A DNA stretch of 64,000 bases from Nitrosopumilaceae archaeon (GTDB lineage Archaea; Thermoproteota; Nitrososphaeria; Nitrososphaerales; Nitrosopumilaceae): the NCBI GenBank assembly GCA_965214835.1, contig CBDCCK010000002.1:480001-544000 (forward strand). The letters are read 5' to 3'. The notes beneath the pieces were generated by a model. That model did not search any database. It worked only from the letters and a program-made list of their open reading frames with translations, and was not told where the DNA came from. The position numbers and the translations under genes are program-made. Shown here in pieces: positions 54,478 to 64,000 of this stretch; the stretch's first letter is position 1, and every line of letters begins with the position of its first letter.

Positions 54478-55266
54478 GTGGAGCTAGACGAGATACTATC
54501 ATCACTGGGCTCGGGAAGGATCTCGGCCGGCGAGGCCAAAAAGCTGCTTTCGCTATACTCGATAGAGAGGGTGGAGGATTTTGCAAAAATAGACACTAAC
54601 AGGAGAAAAAGAAGGGGCATTCCCGAGGTGATTCTTGCCGAAACCAAGCGGAGCCAGGAGGTAAAAAAGATCATAGAGAGGGTGATGGAAAAGGCAAATT
54701 CCGTCGTGGTGTCAAGAATGAAGGAGGAGGATCAGAGGACGATTCTGAGCTTTGCAAGAAAGTCAGGCTACAAGGTCAGGCAGGGAAGGAACTGCTCCAC
54801 AGTGACAGTTTACAAAAAGGCGATAAGGAAGAACGGCGGAAGGGTAGGCATCCTGGCGGCAGGAACGTCAGACATCGGAGTTGCAGAGGAGGCAAGGCTG
54901 ATGGCAGAGTCGATGAACTGTGAATGCATCACAAGCTATGACGTGGGGGTGGCGGGGATTCACAGGGTCATGCCAGTGCTAAAAGAGTTTGTAAAAGGCG
55001 ACGCTGATGCCATAATAGTGGTGGCGGGGATGGAGGGGGCCCTTGCAACGGTAGTTGCATCGCTAGTAGACATACCGGTCATCGGCGTGCCCACATCGGT
55101 CGGCTATGGATACGGCGAGGGGGGGATTGCCGCCCTGGCATCCATGCTGCAAAGCTGTTCCCTCGGACTGTCGGTTGTAAACATCGACAACGGAATATCT
55201 GCGGGGGCAATTGCGGCAAACATTGCAAACAGGGCAAGGAGAAATTCCGCACGCAGGACGTTTTGA
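54478..55266 (+). CDS. larB: NPN biosynthesis carboxylase/hydrolase LarB
   Basis: AGTSD, DVGVAG, AGMEGAL, PTSVGYG and VVNIDNG motifs. Confidence 0.93.
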   Translation: MELDEILSSLGSGRISAGEAKKLLSLYSIERVEDFAKIDTNRRKRRGIPEVILAETKRSQEVKKIIERVMEKANSVVVSRMKEEDQRTILSFARKSGYKVRQGRNCSTVTVYKKAIRKNGGRVGILAAGTSDIGVAEEARLMAESMNCECITSYDVGVAGIHRVMPVLKEFVKGDADAIIVVAGMEGALATVVASLVDIPVIGVPTSVGYGYGEGGIAALASMLQSCSLGLSVVNIDNGISAGAIAANIANRARRNSARRTF

Positions 55267-55320
55267 CTTGGCAAAAATTACCCAGCGGGTCTCGTAAACG
55301 ATATATAGCATGCGGCAAGC

Positions 55321-56910
55321 ATGAGATTGAGCTTGTCAGGCAAAAGGATAGTGCTTACTGCAGATAGAAGCCTCATGACAAACTATAGGGGAAATTTCCT
55401 TTATGGATTCATTGCATGTGGGCCGTACGAGGTTCTTCCGGAATGGGTATTTGACAAGGTCTTCTGTCCTGCAGTTGAGACCGATCCGAATACGGGGGAG
55501 GTCAAGGTGGCACAGGTGGGCCTGAGGCGTGTGGAAAGCGCACTTTTGCAGGGATACGGAAGGGACGAGGTCTTTATGGCAAATCCCGACATGCTGGAAA
55601 AATCAATCGGTCCGGACACAAAGGTCGTCGGAATCAACGTGATGGATCCGCTCGGCATGGCCCCGGTGACTACCACAATGTCACCTGAAAAGCTGTCGTA
55701 TGTGGCGATGAAATTCAAAAGAATGTGTGCCAAAATCATCCAGCTGAAGAAAAGGCACGACTTTCACGTCGTAGTCGGAGGCAACGGGGCCTGGGAGCTG
55801 GCAAAATCGGACAGGATGAGGATCCACGGAATAGACACGGTCGTAGTGGGGGAGGCAGACGAGCTAGCGCTTGACTTGTTCAACGATTTGGAGAGGGGCG
55901 ATGCGCCGGAGATGATGCACTGCTTTGTCAAGAACATACAGAACATCCCGGAGATTGAGGGCCCCACGGTCAACTCATTGATTGAGGCGATGAGGGGCTG
56001 CGGAAGGGGATGCGACTTTTGCGATGTCAACAAGAGATCAAAGAAGGATCTTCCCGTCGAGAGGCTGCAAAAGGAGGCAAAAATCAACCTGGACTATGGG
56101 TTTGACTCCATCTGGCTGCACTCAGACGAGATGCTGCTCTACGGGTGTGACAACAGGGACTTTGTTCCAAACAGGGACGCGATCACGGATCTGTGGAGGA
56201 ATCTGAAGGGACTGGGCGCAAACTTTGTTGGAACCACGCACATGACGTTTTCTGCCGTTGCCGCAGATCCGGATCTGATGCGCGATATCTCGACAATCAA
56301 CAGGCAGCACGAGACCGGAAGGTGGCTGGCGACAAACCTGGGAATCGAGACGGTGGCGCCAAAGATGGTCAAAAAGCACCTGGGAGTAAAGGCGAGGCCG
56401 TTCCAGCCAGAAGAGTGGGGGGGCGTCGTAAGGGAGGGGGCAAAGATTCTAAACGAGAACCACTGGTTCCCGGCTGCCACCATCATCATCGGGTGGCCCG
56501 ACGAGACGCCTGAGGACATCCAGCATACGATCGACATGATGGCCGACTTTAGGGCGATGGACTTTAGGGGCCTGGTGGCGCCGCTGCTGTACCAGGACTT
56601 TAGTGAAAAGAACTCGATGCACTTTGGAAACCTAAACGAGGCCCAGTTTACGCTGTTTTGGAAGTGCTGGGAGAACAACCTGCGGGTGATCAACGACATA
56701 ATTCCGATAATCCTAAGAAACAAGACCTACGGGCCCCCGATGAAGATATTCATGTACGGGATAATCAAGGCCGGAACCTGGGCGATAATGAGGTATCTCA
56801 GGGGCCTCTGCAAGGATCTCTTCAACGGAAGAACGCCCGATGAGATCATTGAAAAGTATGCAAGGGGTAGATCGGTGTCTGCCCCAAGGATTGAGACAAA
56901 AAAACTATAG
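55321..56910 (+). CDS. Radical SAM protein with a B12-binding-like N-terminus
   Basis: RGCGRGCDFC motif and VVVGEA. Confidence 0.9.
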   Translation: MRLSLSGKRIVLTADRSLMTNYRGNFLYGFIACGPYEVLPEWVFDKVFCPAVETDPNTGEVKVAQVGLRRVESALLQGYGRDEVFMANPDMLEKSIGPDTKVVGINVMDPLGMAPVTTTMSPEKLSYVAMKFKRMCAKIIQLKKRHDFHVVVGGNGAWELAKSDRMRIHGIDTVVVGEADELALDLFNDLERGDAPEMMHCFVKNIQNIPEIEGPTVNSLIEAMRGCGRGCDFCDVNKRSKKDLPVERLQKEAKINLDYGFDSIWLHSDEMLLYGCDNRDFVPNRDAITDLWRNLKGLGANFVGTTHMTFSAVAADPDLMRDISTINRQHETGRWLATNLGIETVAPKMVKKHLGVKARPFQPEEWGGVVREGAKILNENHWFPAATIIIGWPDETPEDIQHTIDMMADFRAMDFRGLVAPLLYQDFSEKNSMHFGNLNEAQFTLFWKCWENNLRVINDIIPIILRNKTYGPPMKIFMYGIIKAGTWAIMRYLRGLCKDLFNGRTPDEIIEKYARGRSVSAPRIETKKL

Positions 56911-57225
56911 GCGCTCTAGTGCGGCGTCTGCAATGGTGTTTCTTTTGGGGGTCAGGGACACAAAGTAGTTTTTATCGGCCCGCTCTATGGACTCGACCCG
57001 CTTGTACGACCTTGAGGCCACGTCAAACTCGTAAATCCCAGGCTCCAGGGTCCCCTTTGCAAAAATCATCAGATAGTTCTCGCCGGACGGACTGAGCGGG
57101 ATAAAGGACATCACGTGATCCCTGTAGGAGTTGACCGGCATGGTGTTTTTCATCGGGGGTGCGGCAGATGAAAGGTACAGGAAAAGATCCCCCACGGTAT
57201 CGAACTCCTCATACTCTACATTCAT
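56905..57225 (-). CDS. Conserved hypothetical protein
   Basis: Host-like composition. Likely start MNVEYEE (approximate). Confidence 0.65.
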   Translation of the reverse strand: MNVEYEEFDTVGDLFLYLSSAAPPMKNTMPVNSYRDHVMSFIPLSPSGENYLMIFAKGTLEPGIYEFDVASRSYKRVESIERADKNYFVSLTPKRNTIADAALERL

Positions 57226-57657
57226 TACAGTACGGACAGGCTTACCGTATAATAACCTAAAGAGTTTGATGGGCTGCTGCATGGCCGTGCCTGAGCGCGT
57301 ACAGCCACAGGTCGTTTGTGCCTAAAACCAGGCTGCATCTGGACAAATGACGGAGTTTGGAGGTTGTAGAACTCGCAGCGGGTACGGGTCTGCTTAGCGC
57401 AACGACGGCAGAAGGCGATCGGGACGCCTACAGTATCCCTACAACTATTTTTTATTATATCACATCTGAACAAAATCTAGTGATTTGCTATTCAGGATTA
57501 TTCCGGATTATGCTCTTGCGCCATGGCGGCAGTTTTTCATACTCTTTTAGAGCTTCCTCTATGCCCTTCTTCAACCAGCCTTTTTCTAATTCCACCACAA
57601 GTTATCTACACCGGTTTGGGTATAAATATCAACAGTCAGTTTTTACAACTCGACTAC

Positions 57658-59154
57658 TTACAATCTTTTGATCGAGAGCCCGTTTTGCTTCATGGTCTTC
57701 ACAAGGCCGTTGATTGCGTCCGCTTCCTCCTCAAAGAAATCCTTGGATTCCCAGAATCTGGGCTCTGATTTGGCAGGATCCCACGTGATCATCTTGCCTG
57801 TTACGTTATCTTTGCGTTTGCCCATCATGAACATGTCCGTGTAGCGCCTAGGCGATATGCCAAAGTACGGTTTGAAGTAAACCCTGCCGTTGCCGGGATC
57901 CCCGACGCTGATCGAGTCAGAGAACAGATCTCCTGCGTGGCTCTTGGGATACGGCTCGATGAACACCAGTCTCTTTATCCCAGAGGCCACGATGTGCTTG
58001 GCACAGATGTGGCATGGAAACGTGGTGCAGTACATTATGCAGTCCCTGACAGAAGACCCGCCACGTCTGGCAGAGCCTACCAGCGCGTCCATCTCTGCAT
58101 GCACCTCCCTACCGTATTCCGTAAGGCCCATAAACGCAGATCCCCTTATCCTGTCGTCCTTTAACGCGGTTTCTGCCATCTCTGCATCATCTCCTAGGCG
58201 GCTTTCAGAAAGCCACCCAGATAGTCCGAGTCTGGACAGGATGTCTTTTAGCATATTGATTTTCTTCTGCTGGTTCCGGTCATAGCCCATCCTGAACTCT
58301 CTTTTATCAGACTCGTCTCCTTCCATGTATGTCCCGCCTCCTGCCTTTGGAACCTCGTTTGTTCCGGTGGAGATCAGATCGCCATTCCTGTCCAGTATGG
58401 CCGCTCCAACCTGCCTTGAAAGTGAGGACGATCTGAGTGAGCTTGCAAACGCGTAAAACATTCCAGATTCTTCTGCATACGGCGTGTGGAACGTATTTCC
58501 AAACACCAGCTCGACAAATCGGTCTATCTGCTCTCTTACACGGTCAGGGCTTGAAGCGTCCACAAAGACATCTCCTTGTGGAAACGTCTCCCTTACAGCC
58601 TGTCCACGCTCTGCGGCATCATCGTGATAGTCCCTGTCAACAAGCTTTTCTGCATTGTCTCCCATTGTTTTCCTGAGTGTCTCCAGCCTGTTTTCCTTGG
58701 ACACATAAGCCGATATCAACCAAAAACTTCTGCCGTAGATCTTCCGCATGATCCTTATTTCGTCTGTGTGTTTTAGCGACTTGAGAACGTAGGCGTGGCT
58801 GGAATGCGGCATCTTTGCAGATTGCGTGTGACTTTTGCGGGATTTTTGTATCTGTATTGTGGTCAGAATAGCCGCCGCGCCTCCTCCTACACGACTTCGT
58901 AGTTCGTCTCCAACATCCATGTGTGAAATGACCCGCTCGTATTCTGGCTCATGCCTGACCGTTTTTTCCAGTCCAAGTACTTCTGAAAGCGCCTTACTGA
59001 TCACGATCTTCTCCGAGCTGTATCCTACGGCATTCAGGGATGTGCTCAAGCTTTTGTAGATCTGATCCAGATCCACTCCTAGCGGCCCCACCAGTCCAAA
59101 GACCAGCTCCGGTCGTGATTTGCCCTCCATGATGTATGTAGCCATTACAAACAC
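57658..59154 (-). CDS. P-loop kinase-like + deoxycytidylate deaminase fusion (anti-phage dCTP deaminase/AvcD-like)
   Basis: GLVGPLG, SLKH..E, RQVGA, HAEMDA and FPCHIC motifs. Confidence 0.88.
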   Translation of the reverse strand: MFVMATYIMEGKSRPELVFGLVGPLGVDLDQIYKSLSTSLNAVGYSSEKIVISKALSEVLGLEKTVRHEPEYERVISHMDVGDELRSRVGGGAAAILTTIQIQKSRKSHTQSAKMPHSSHAYVLKSLKHTDEIRIMRKIYGRSFWLISAYVSKENRLETLRKTMGDNAEKLVDRDYHDDAAERGQAVRETFPQGDVFVDASSPDRVREQIDRFVELVFGNTFHTPYAEESGMFYAFASSLRSSSLSRQVGAAILDRNGDLISTGTNEVPKAGGGTYMEGDESDKREFRMGYDRNQQKKINMLKDILSRLGLSGWLSESRLGDDAEMAETALKDDRIRGSAFMGLTEYGREVHAEMDALVGSARRGGSSVRDCIMYCTTFPCHICAKHIVASGIKRLVFIEPYPKSHAGDLFSDSISVGDPGNGRVYFKPYFGISPRRYTDMFMMGKRKDNVTGKMITWDPAKSEPRFWESKDFFEEEADAINGLVKTMKQNGLSIKRL

Positions 59155-59270
59155 CTTGTTGATATGCCTTCTGACATGTCAGACAAGGTACAATAAAGTG
59201 GGTGGGAATGAATAAAATGCGCTACACGTGTGAGTTATCTAAACATATGACTAAAGCCTTGTGTGCTATG

Positions 59271-61466
59271 TTAGCCTGAAATTAATTCCCCAAATGATTT
59301 CCAATCCGTCAGATCGTTTGGATCATATTCATAGATATCATTATCGTTGTACTTCCACCCGTATTCTGACGGTATCACTATTCCTCCCACAAACCGCCTT
59401 GTACTAGTGCTGTTTTTTGCAATGTATCGAGACAGCGCCTCTGCCTTGTACTTTGCTTTTTCTGCAGTAACCCCGCTCTTTGTATCAAAGATGCCAACCG
59501 TCCCGTCCTTAAACATGATGATAAAGTCCGCATAAAACGACCACTCCAAGCCAAACTCGTCAACGTACGGAATCGCAAAATACTTTATCTCACTCTGGCC
59601 GTTCTTGTACCACCATACTATCCTGTCCGATCTGTCAATTGTTTTTGTAAATTCCCTTTCAGTATTGCTTGCAATTTGAACATACTGCGGCTCCATTATG
59701 GATTTTTTGTACTGGTTGCCTTCGGCAGAGCTTATGGACTGCTCGCGCGGGACTTCCCAGCTTTCTGTGACTACTGATTCGCGAATATTTGAAATGTTTT
59801 TGACTACTGTATCCTTGTATTTCTCTTTTGCAAGCTGGATTGTGGAATTGAACACCTCTCTGTTTTTTTCTGATATGACCGTAACCTGGGCATCGGTGCT
59901 TAGCTTTTCGATGTTGAATTTGTCATAAAGCCAATTGTACACTGCGGTCTTTAGCCTGTCACTTGAATCAAACGGTGCAAAAGGTCTGCAGGCATTAATT
60001 ATGAACAGATCAAAATCCCGCTGTATCTCAACTTCTGAAATTGAAGCTCCAAAGTCACCTGCCTCAATTGAAATGGTTTTATCTATGTCTACGATCTCTT
60101 CGTCCACAATCATCGGCTTATCAATTCGCGCGGTTTTCAACTTGATTTTTTCTCCAAGCCTTCTTTCCTCTGCTGCCTTTCTGAACAGCTCGGAGAACTT
60201 GCCGGATAGCCTTGTCCGCTCCCTCTGCCTTTTGAGGTATACAGAAGGCAGCCTCAGTGGAACGTATCTCTTGTCGTCCCGTTCTAGGTGGTACTTGCTT
60301 GCATAGTCCTTTACGTACTCTTCTACCAGCTCAACCTTTTCCAAGTTGGTAAAGATGTAGCCGTAGTTGAGTTCCGGATTCTTGGTATAGTGCCTTTGTT
60401 GAGGCATCCTCATTATCCTCCCGATGACCTGGATCGTAAAGTCCAGTTTTTTTGTCTCTCGAAATATTACCAGAATGGCAGCTCGTGGGCAGTCCCACCC
60501 TACTGCAATGGCCTGCTTGAATAAAAGCACGTCCACACCACTGTTCTCATTGACAATCTCGTCCAGATTCGGGGACTTTGTCTCTGACATCCAGATGGCC
60601 AAGTTTCCCTTCTCGACTGTCTTGCCGTACTTTTCATACTCTGAGACTATCTCCTCTGTCTTGTCGGTTATGCCCGCACGCCTGTCGGGCAGCTGAACCA
60701 GGATCAGAGGGTTGATATCGACCCCCTCTTCCAGATACATCTTCTGCAGCTGCTCGTGTTTTCTGATTGAGTGCTTTATCACCAGCTCCGTTGCGCTCTC
60801 GCCATCAACATAACCATGATCAATCTTCGGGTTGATCAGGACCTGGTTTTTTATCATCTCCTCGTCCTTGACGTCATCGATTCTGGTCCTGACCAGCTCC
60901 GTTGCATTTGCCTTTTGTGCGGGGGTGGCAGAGACCTCCAGCGTGATCTTGGGATCTATCATGCTTATCAGCTCAGAGGATCTCTCGGACGTGGCAGTAT
61001 GGTGGCTCTCGTCTATGACCAGGACTATGTAGCGGCCCTGATCCTTGGTGTTCTGTATGATCTTTTCAAGGTATTTTTCACTTTCATTCTCCCTGATGAT
61101 TATACTCTCGTTGACCTTGTTGATTGACTCCCAATTGACAAACCATATCTCGTTTTCCTGTATCTGGTTGTCCTGCAGGTCGTCAAACTCGGAGCATTCA
61201 AGAACCTGGCTGCCCAGGTATATTTTTTCCAGCTTGTCCTTTGACTGTACGTGCAGCTTTCTTACCGAGACCCAGATAAACGACAGGGGCCTCGGGGAGA
61301 TTTTTTCTCGGACTATGGTTTTCAGCAGGTGAGCACACGTGATCGTTTTGCCGGATCCGGTGGGGGCTTGGAACACGCATATGTCTTTGGCATCCGAATT
61401 AAGGCAGCTCTCAAAGGCGCATTTTAGCTTGCAGACGGCCTCTTCCTGGTAGTTTTTGAGGATCAA
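59271..61466 (-). CDS. res: Type III R-M restriction subunit-like helicase-nuclease
   Basis: YQ, PTGSGKT, DESHH, GWDCPRA, QVIGRIMR and FYADF...DTKS motifs. Confidence 0.88.
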   Translation of the reverse strand: MILKNYQEEAVCKLKCAFESCLNSDAKDICVFQAPTGSGKTITCAHLLKTIVREKISPRPLSFIWVSVRKLHVQSKDKLEKIYLGSQVLECSEFDDLQDNQIQENEIWFVNWESINKVNESIIIRENESEKYLEKIIQNTKDQGRYIVLVIDESHHTATSERSSELISMIDPKITLEVSATPAQKANATELVRTRIDDVKDEEMIKNQVLINPKIDHGYVDGESATELVIKHSIRKHEQLQKMYLEEGVDINPLILVQLPDRRAGITDKTEEIVSEYEKYGKTVEKGNLAIWMSETKSPNLDEIVNENSGVDVLLFKQAIAVGWDCPRAAILVIFRETKKLDFTIQVIGRIMRMPQQRHYTKNPELNYGYIFTNLEKVELVEEYVKDYASKYHLERDDKRYVPLRLPSVYLKRQRERTRLSGKFSELFRKAAEERRLGEKIKLKTARIDKPMIVDEEIVDIDKTISIEAGDFGASISEVEIQRDFDLFIINACRPFAPFDSSDRLKTAVYNWLYDKFNIEKLSTDAQVTVISEKNREVFNSTIQLAKEKYKDTVVKNISNIRESVVTESWEVPREQSISSAEGNQYKKSIMEPQYVQIASNTEREFTKTIDRSDRIVWWYKNGQSEIKYFAIPYVDEFGLEWSFYADFIIMFKDGTVGIFDTKSGVTAEKAKYKAEALSRYIAKNSTSTRRFVGGIVIPSEYGWKYNDNDIYEYDPNDLTDWKSFGELISG

Positions 61467-63193
61467 CTGAAGATCCTCCCATATGCGCTGATTAACTCAG
61501 ACGGGACAGGCTTTAGCCTCACAAACTCTGCGACGTCTTCAAACTCCTCCCTCTTGTCGTACTCGTCCAGCGAGAAGGTATAGACGGTTGTGAATATGCG
61601 TCGTTTTCTTATCTCCTTTTTGAACGGATCTATTGCCGCATCGTCGTAAAGAACCGCCATATGCCTTGAACTGTTTTTGAATATCTTGTAGTGTGTGGCC
61701 GCTTTTACCTGCTCAAAGCAGTCTTCCTTGATGCAGAGAATCTCTGTTGCCTTGCCCATCAACTTTTTCTTGTTTTTGTCGGTGTTTGCGCTTGGCACGA
61801 AATCTGTCTTGAAATACTTGAGATTTCCTCCCAACCCGTCGATTTTTTGTCCTTTGAGATTTTTGTATCCCTTGATTACTTTTTTTATTCTAGGATAACA
61901 CACCTCTGTACATATGTCATTCTCATTGTTTGTGCAGAGTATGAATTTCCTATTCCCATTATCCGCTTTGTTTAGTTCTAGAACTGCATGGCCTGTCGTA
62001 CCAGAACCTGCAAAAAAATCCAATATTACAGAATCTCTTTTTGATAAAAGTTTTAAAATGTCATATGTAGTCCACAGTGATTTGGGATATGGAAATGTGT
62101 CTCTCTTTCTTAGAATGTTTCGTAACAACATAATTCCATGGCTAGAAGCATCATAACGAGGATCATACCATACAGATCTTGGTTTCTTACTGCTTATATT
62201 GAGCAATCTACGTTTCTTAAAAATTTTATATTTGTCTTTAGTTTTTCTTACTACTAACTCGGTATCTTTCTTTTCAAGAAAAGTTTCTTTTCCCCACTTC
62301 CAAACTTTTTCCTCTCCCAAATTATTTATTGGAAGTAGTTTTATCGCATCGTTGGCTTTCGCAGTATCAAGTTTATCTGTTTTTAGATCATAATAAATTG
62401 CATAGAACATTTTTGGCCTTGTATGGCGATCCGAATTATTTCCTCCACGCATAAATGATACAAGCAAATAATTTGAAATTTCATCTTTCATACGATATTT
62501 GTTAATGTCCTCATCTGTCAGATCAAAATAACCGACGTCTGCTTTCTCGGGATTCATTGAATAAATTAACATATATTCGTGCATTGTAGCAAAATGTTTA
62601 TCATCATTTCTTCCTCTCGGATTATGAATTACGGTAATTGTACTAAGACGATTTTTTTCAAGAAAAATTTCGTCCATCAGTAATCGTAATGTGTGCATTT
62701 CATAATCGTCAATAGCAACAATAATTTTTCCTGATTTCGTTAGAAGTCTCTTTGCTAACTTTAACCTCTTTTTCATAAAAGAAAGCCATTTACTATGGCG
62801 AAAATTGTCCTCTTTATCTACAAAGTTATTATTGTATTTCCATGTGCTGTTTCCTGTATTGTAAGGCGGATCAATATATATCACATCAATAGAGTTTGGA
62901 TGTGTATAATTCAAAACAGAAAGTGCATGATAGTTATCCCCCTCGATCAGAATATTGTTTGGTTTTGATTTGTCATCAATTCTATTTTTTGTAATATCTT
63001 TTAGAACTGGTAATTTTTTTTGTACATCATTTTCAAAAATCTCTTTGGTTTTTTCCTCGTCCCATACCAGACCATACTTTTTTTTCCTAGCTAGCTTCTC
63101 AATCATTCTGTCCTTCTCTTTGACTCTTTCAACAAGCTGAGATTGCGATAAACTACTGTAATCGAATTTTTGCAATTCTTTGTTAGATGTCAT
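61463..63193 (-). CDS. mod: Type III R-M adenine methyltransferase
   Basis: KYGLVW, IEGDN, IDPPYNTG and DFFAGSGTTG motifs. Confidence 0.9.
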   Translation of the reverse strand: MTSNKELQKFDYSSLSQSQLVERVKEKDRMIEKLARKKKYGLVWDEEKTKEIFENDVQKKLPVLKDITKNRIDDKSKPNNILIEGDNYHALSVLNYTHPNSIDVIYIDPPYNTGNSTWKYNNNFVDKEDNFRHSKWLSFMKKRLKLAKRLLTKSGKIIVAIDDYEMHTLRLLMDEIFLEKNRLSTITVIHNPRGRNDDKHFATMHEYMLIYSMNPEKADVGYFDLTDEDINKYRMKDEISNYLLVSFMRGGNNSDRHTRPKMFYAIYYDLKTDKLDTAKANDAIKLLPINNLGEEKVWKWGKETFLEKKDTELVVRKTKDKYKIFKKRRLLNISSKKPRSVWYDPRYDASSHGIMLLRNILRKRDTFPYPKSLWTTYDILKLLSKRDSVILDFFAGSGTTGHAVLELNKADNGNRKFILCTNNENDICTEVCYPRIKKVIKGYKNLKGQKIDGLGGNLKYFKTDFVPSANTDKNKKKLMGKATEILCIKEDCFEQVKAATHYKIFKNSSRHMAVLYDDAAIDPFKKEIRKRRIFTTVYTFSLDEYDKREEFEDVAEFVRLKPVPSELISAYGRIFS

Positions 63194-63420
63194 AAAACTA
63201 CCTCGATTTTCTGACCATCATTAATGTCTGAAATCCATGCCGTCGTTACGGTCATCATGGTGCAAACCATCCTGTTGTGTTTGTGGTTGGTAACATAATA
63301 GAATACTTATCATTACTTTAGATCACCTAATCCTACTCCCGTTTAAGTATTACTTTGGATTACTTAGGACGACTTGGGATTTTTATCAACTGACAGATCC
63401 GATGGCGCAGGGGTGTGGTA

Positions 63421-63552
63421 ATGAAGTCAAAGTTCAGCATTTCCGTGGACAGCGATCTGTGCAAGTGGTTGGATTCAGAGATAAAGACCAGAAGATTTGC
63501 AAGCAGATCCCACGGGATTGAGTACGCACTTGAGATGCTAAGAAAGACCTAG
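63421..63552 (+). CDS. Ribbon-helix-helix protein (43 aa, not in the ORF track)
   Basis: MKSKFSISVDSDLCKWLD...FASRSHGIEYAL. Confidence 0.75.
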   Translation: MKSKFSISVDSDLCKWLDSEIKTRRFASRSHGIEYALEMLRKT

Positions 63553-63578
63553 TCTTGGATCCCAGCGTGGATGTATGA

Positions 63579-63863
63579 CTATTCCTTTGATGCCTTAGAC
63601 GTGTATTTTTTTATTCGTCCATTGAGTCGTGAAACATTCCTTAAGAGAAAACGCTCGCGTTCTTGCCGTGGAAGAAACGGGAGAAGCTCCTCAAGCGAGT
63701 CCATATAATGCTCCGTTCGTTCTTGGGCGTACTTGAGTGATCGAAGCACGTTGTCCAGCTTGGCCCTTGCAGGGTCGGCCCGCGGTCCGATGTATATGGA
63801 CTCCTTTCCTGCCTGAAAATACAGGTATTCTATCCCCTTTGAGATTTTGACATTGAGCGTCAT
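63579..63863 (-). CDS. Small integrase-partner homologue
   Basis: KGIEYLYFQAGKESIYIGP, similar to 47030..47320. Confidence 0.7.
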   Translation of the reverse strand: MTLNVKISKGIEYLYFQAGKESIYIGPRADPARAKLDNVLRSLKYAQERTEHYMDSLEELLPFLPRQERERFLLRNVSRLNGRIKKYTSKASKE

Positions 63864-63907
63864 GCCCTATTGTCGTATAACACGTTATCCATTTTAAGCA
63901 TTCGGAG

Positions 63908-63934
63908 ATAGTTATCTTATAACAAGATAACTAT
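63908..63934. promoter_or_regulatory. Palindromic operator-like site
   Basis: ATAGTTATCTT-N5-AAGATAACTAT, with a further half-site near 63957. Confidence 0.55.
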
Positions 63935-64000
63935 AAATAGCAAGTTCACGTACTACAAGATAACTTGACTGCACAAAAAAGTTCCAAAAACCTCCCCGAT

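Noticed and set aside
57283-57433. SRP or RNase P RNA
   Set aside because: The diagnostic motifs were not recognisable, so it is left unassigned.
1-64000. CRISPR array, tRNA or rRNA genes
   Set aside because: I saw no regularly spaced repeat-spacer units, cloverleaf or rRNA signatures. The dispersed repeats are MITEs or att-like sites.

Overview
Archaeal DNA, most consistent with an ammonia-oxidising thaumarchaeon (Nitrosopumilaceae-like). This is inferred from rpS3Ae, mdh, larBCE and a radical SAM core block at 48.8-57.3 kb. Bases 1-48787 are a large mobile defence region that reads as a tandem stack of integrative elements. A 20-bp motif, GGCGCGACATACCCTTATAT, lies just upstream of rps3ae and recurs five times (two perfect, three partial), alongside three broken copies of one tyrosine recombinase. 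Cargo includes a methylase-less DISARM-like drmABC plus a large extra helicase, a GHKL-ATPase/AbiE-like pair, a YwgA/Panacea-like + HD hydrolase pair, RelE and Doc toxin-antitoxin pairs, a subtilase + nuclease pair, and a DUF499/DUF1156/SNF2 restriction-like operon. IS5, ISH3, IS66, IS630 and IS110 elements and many MITE families are heavily nested throughout. The clearest sequence-level result is an IS110 element whose upstream non-coding region forms a two-loop bridge-RNA-like structure. Its four guide segments match its own donor junction and its target, and that target is the terminal inverted repeat of a co-resident ISH3-family IS. A second, orphan copy of this RNA carries different target guides. 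A second island begins at about 57.4 kb (P-loop/deoxycytidylate deaminase, type III R-M, a homologue of the integrase-partner gene). All family names come from motif recognition by eye; no database searches were run.
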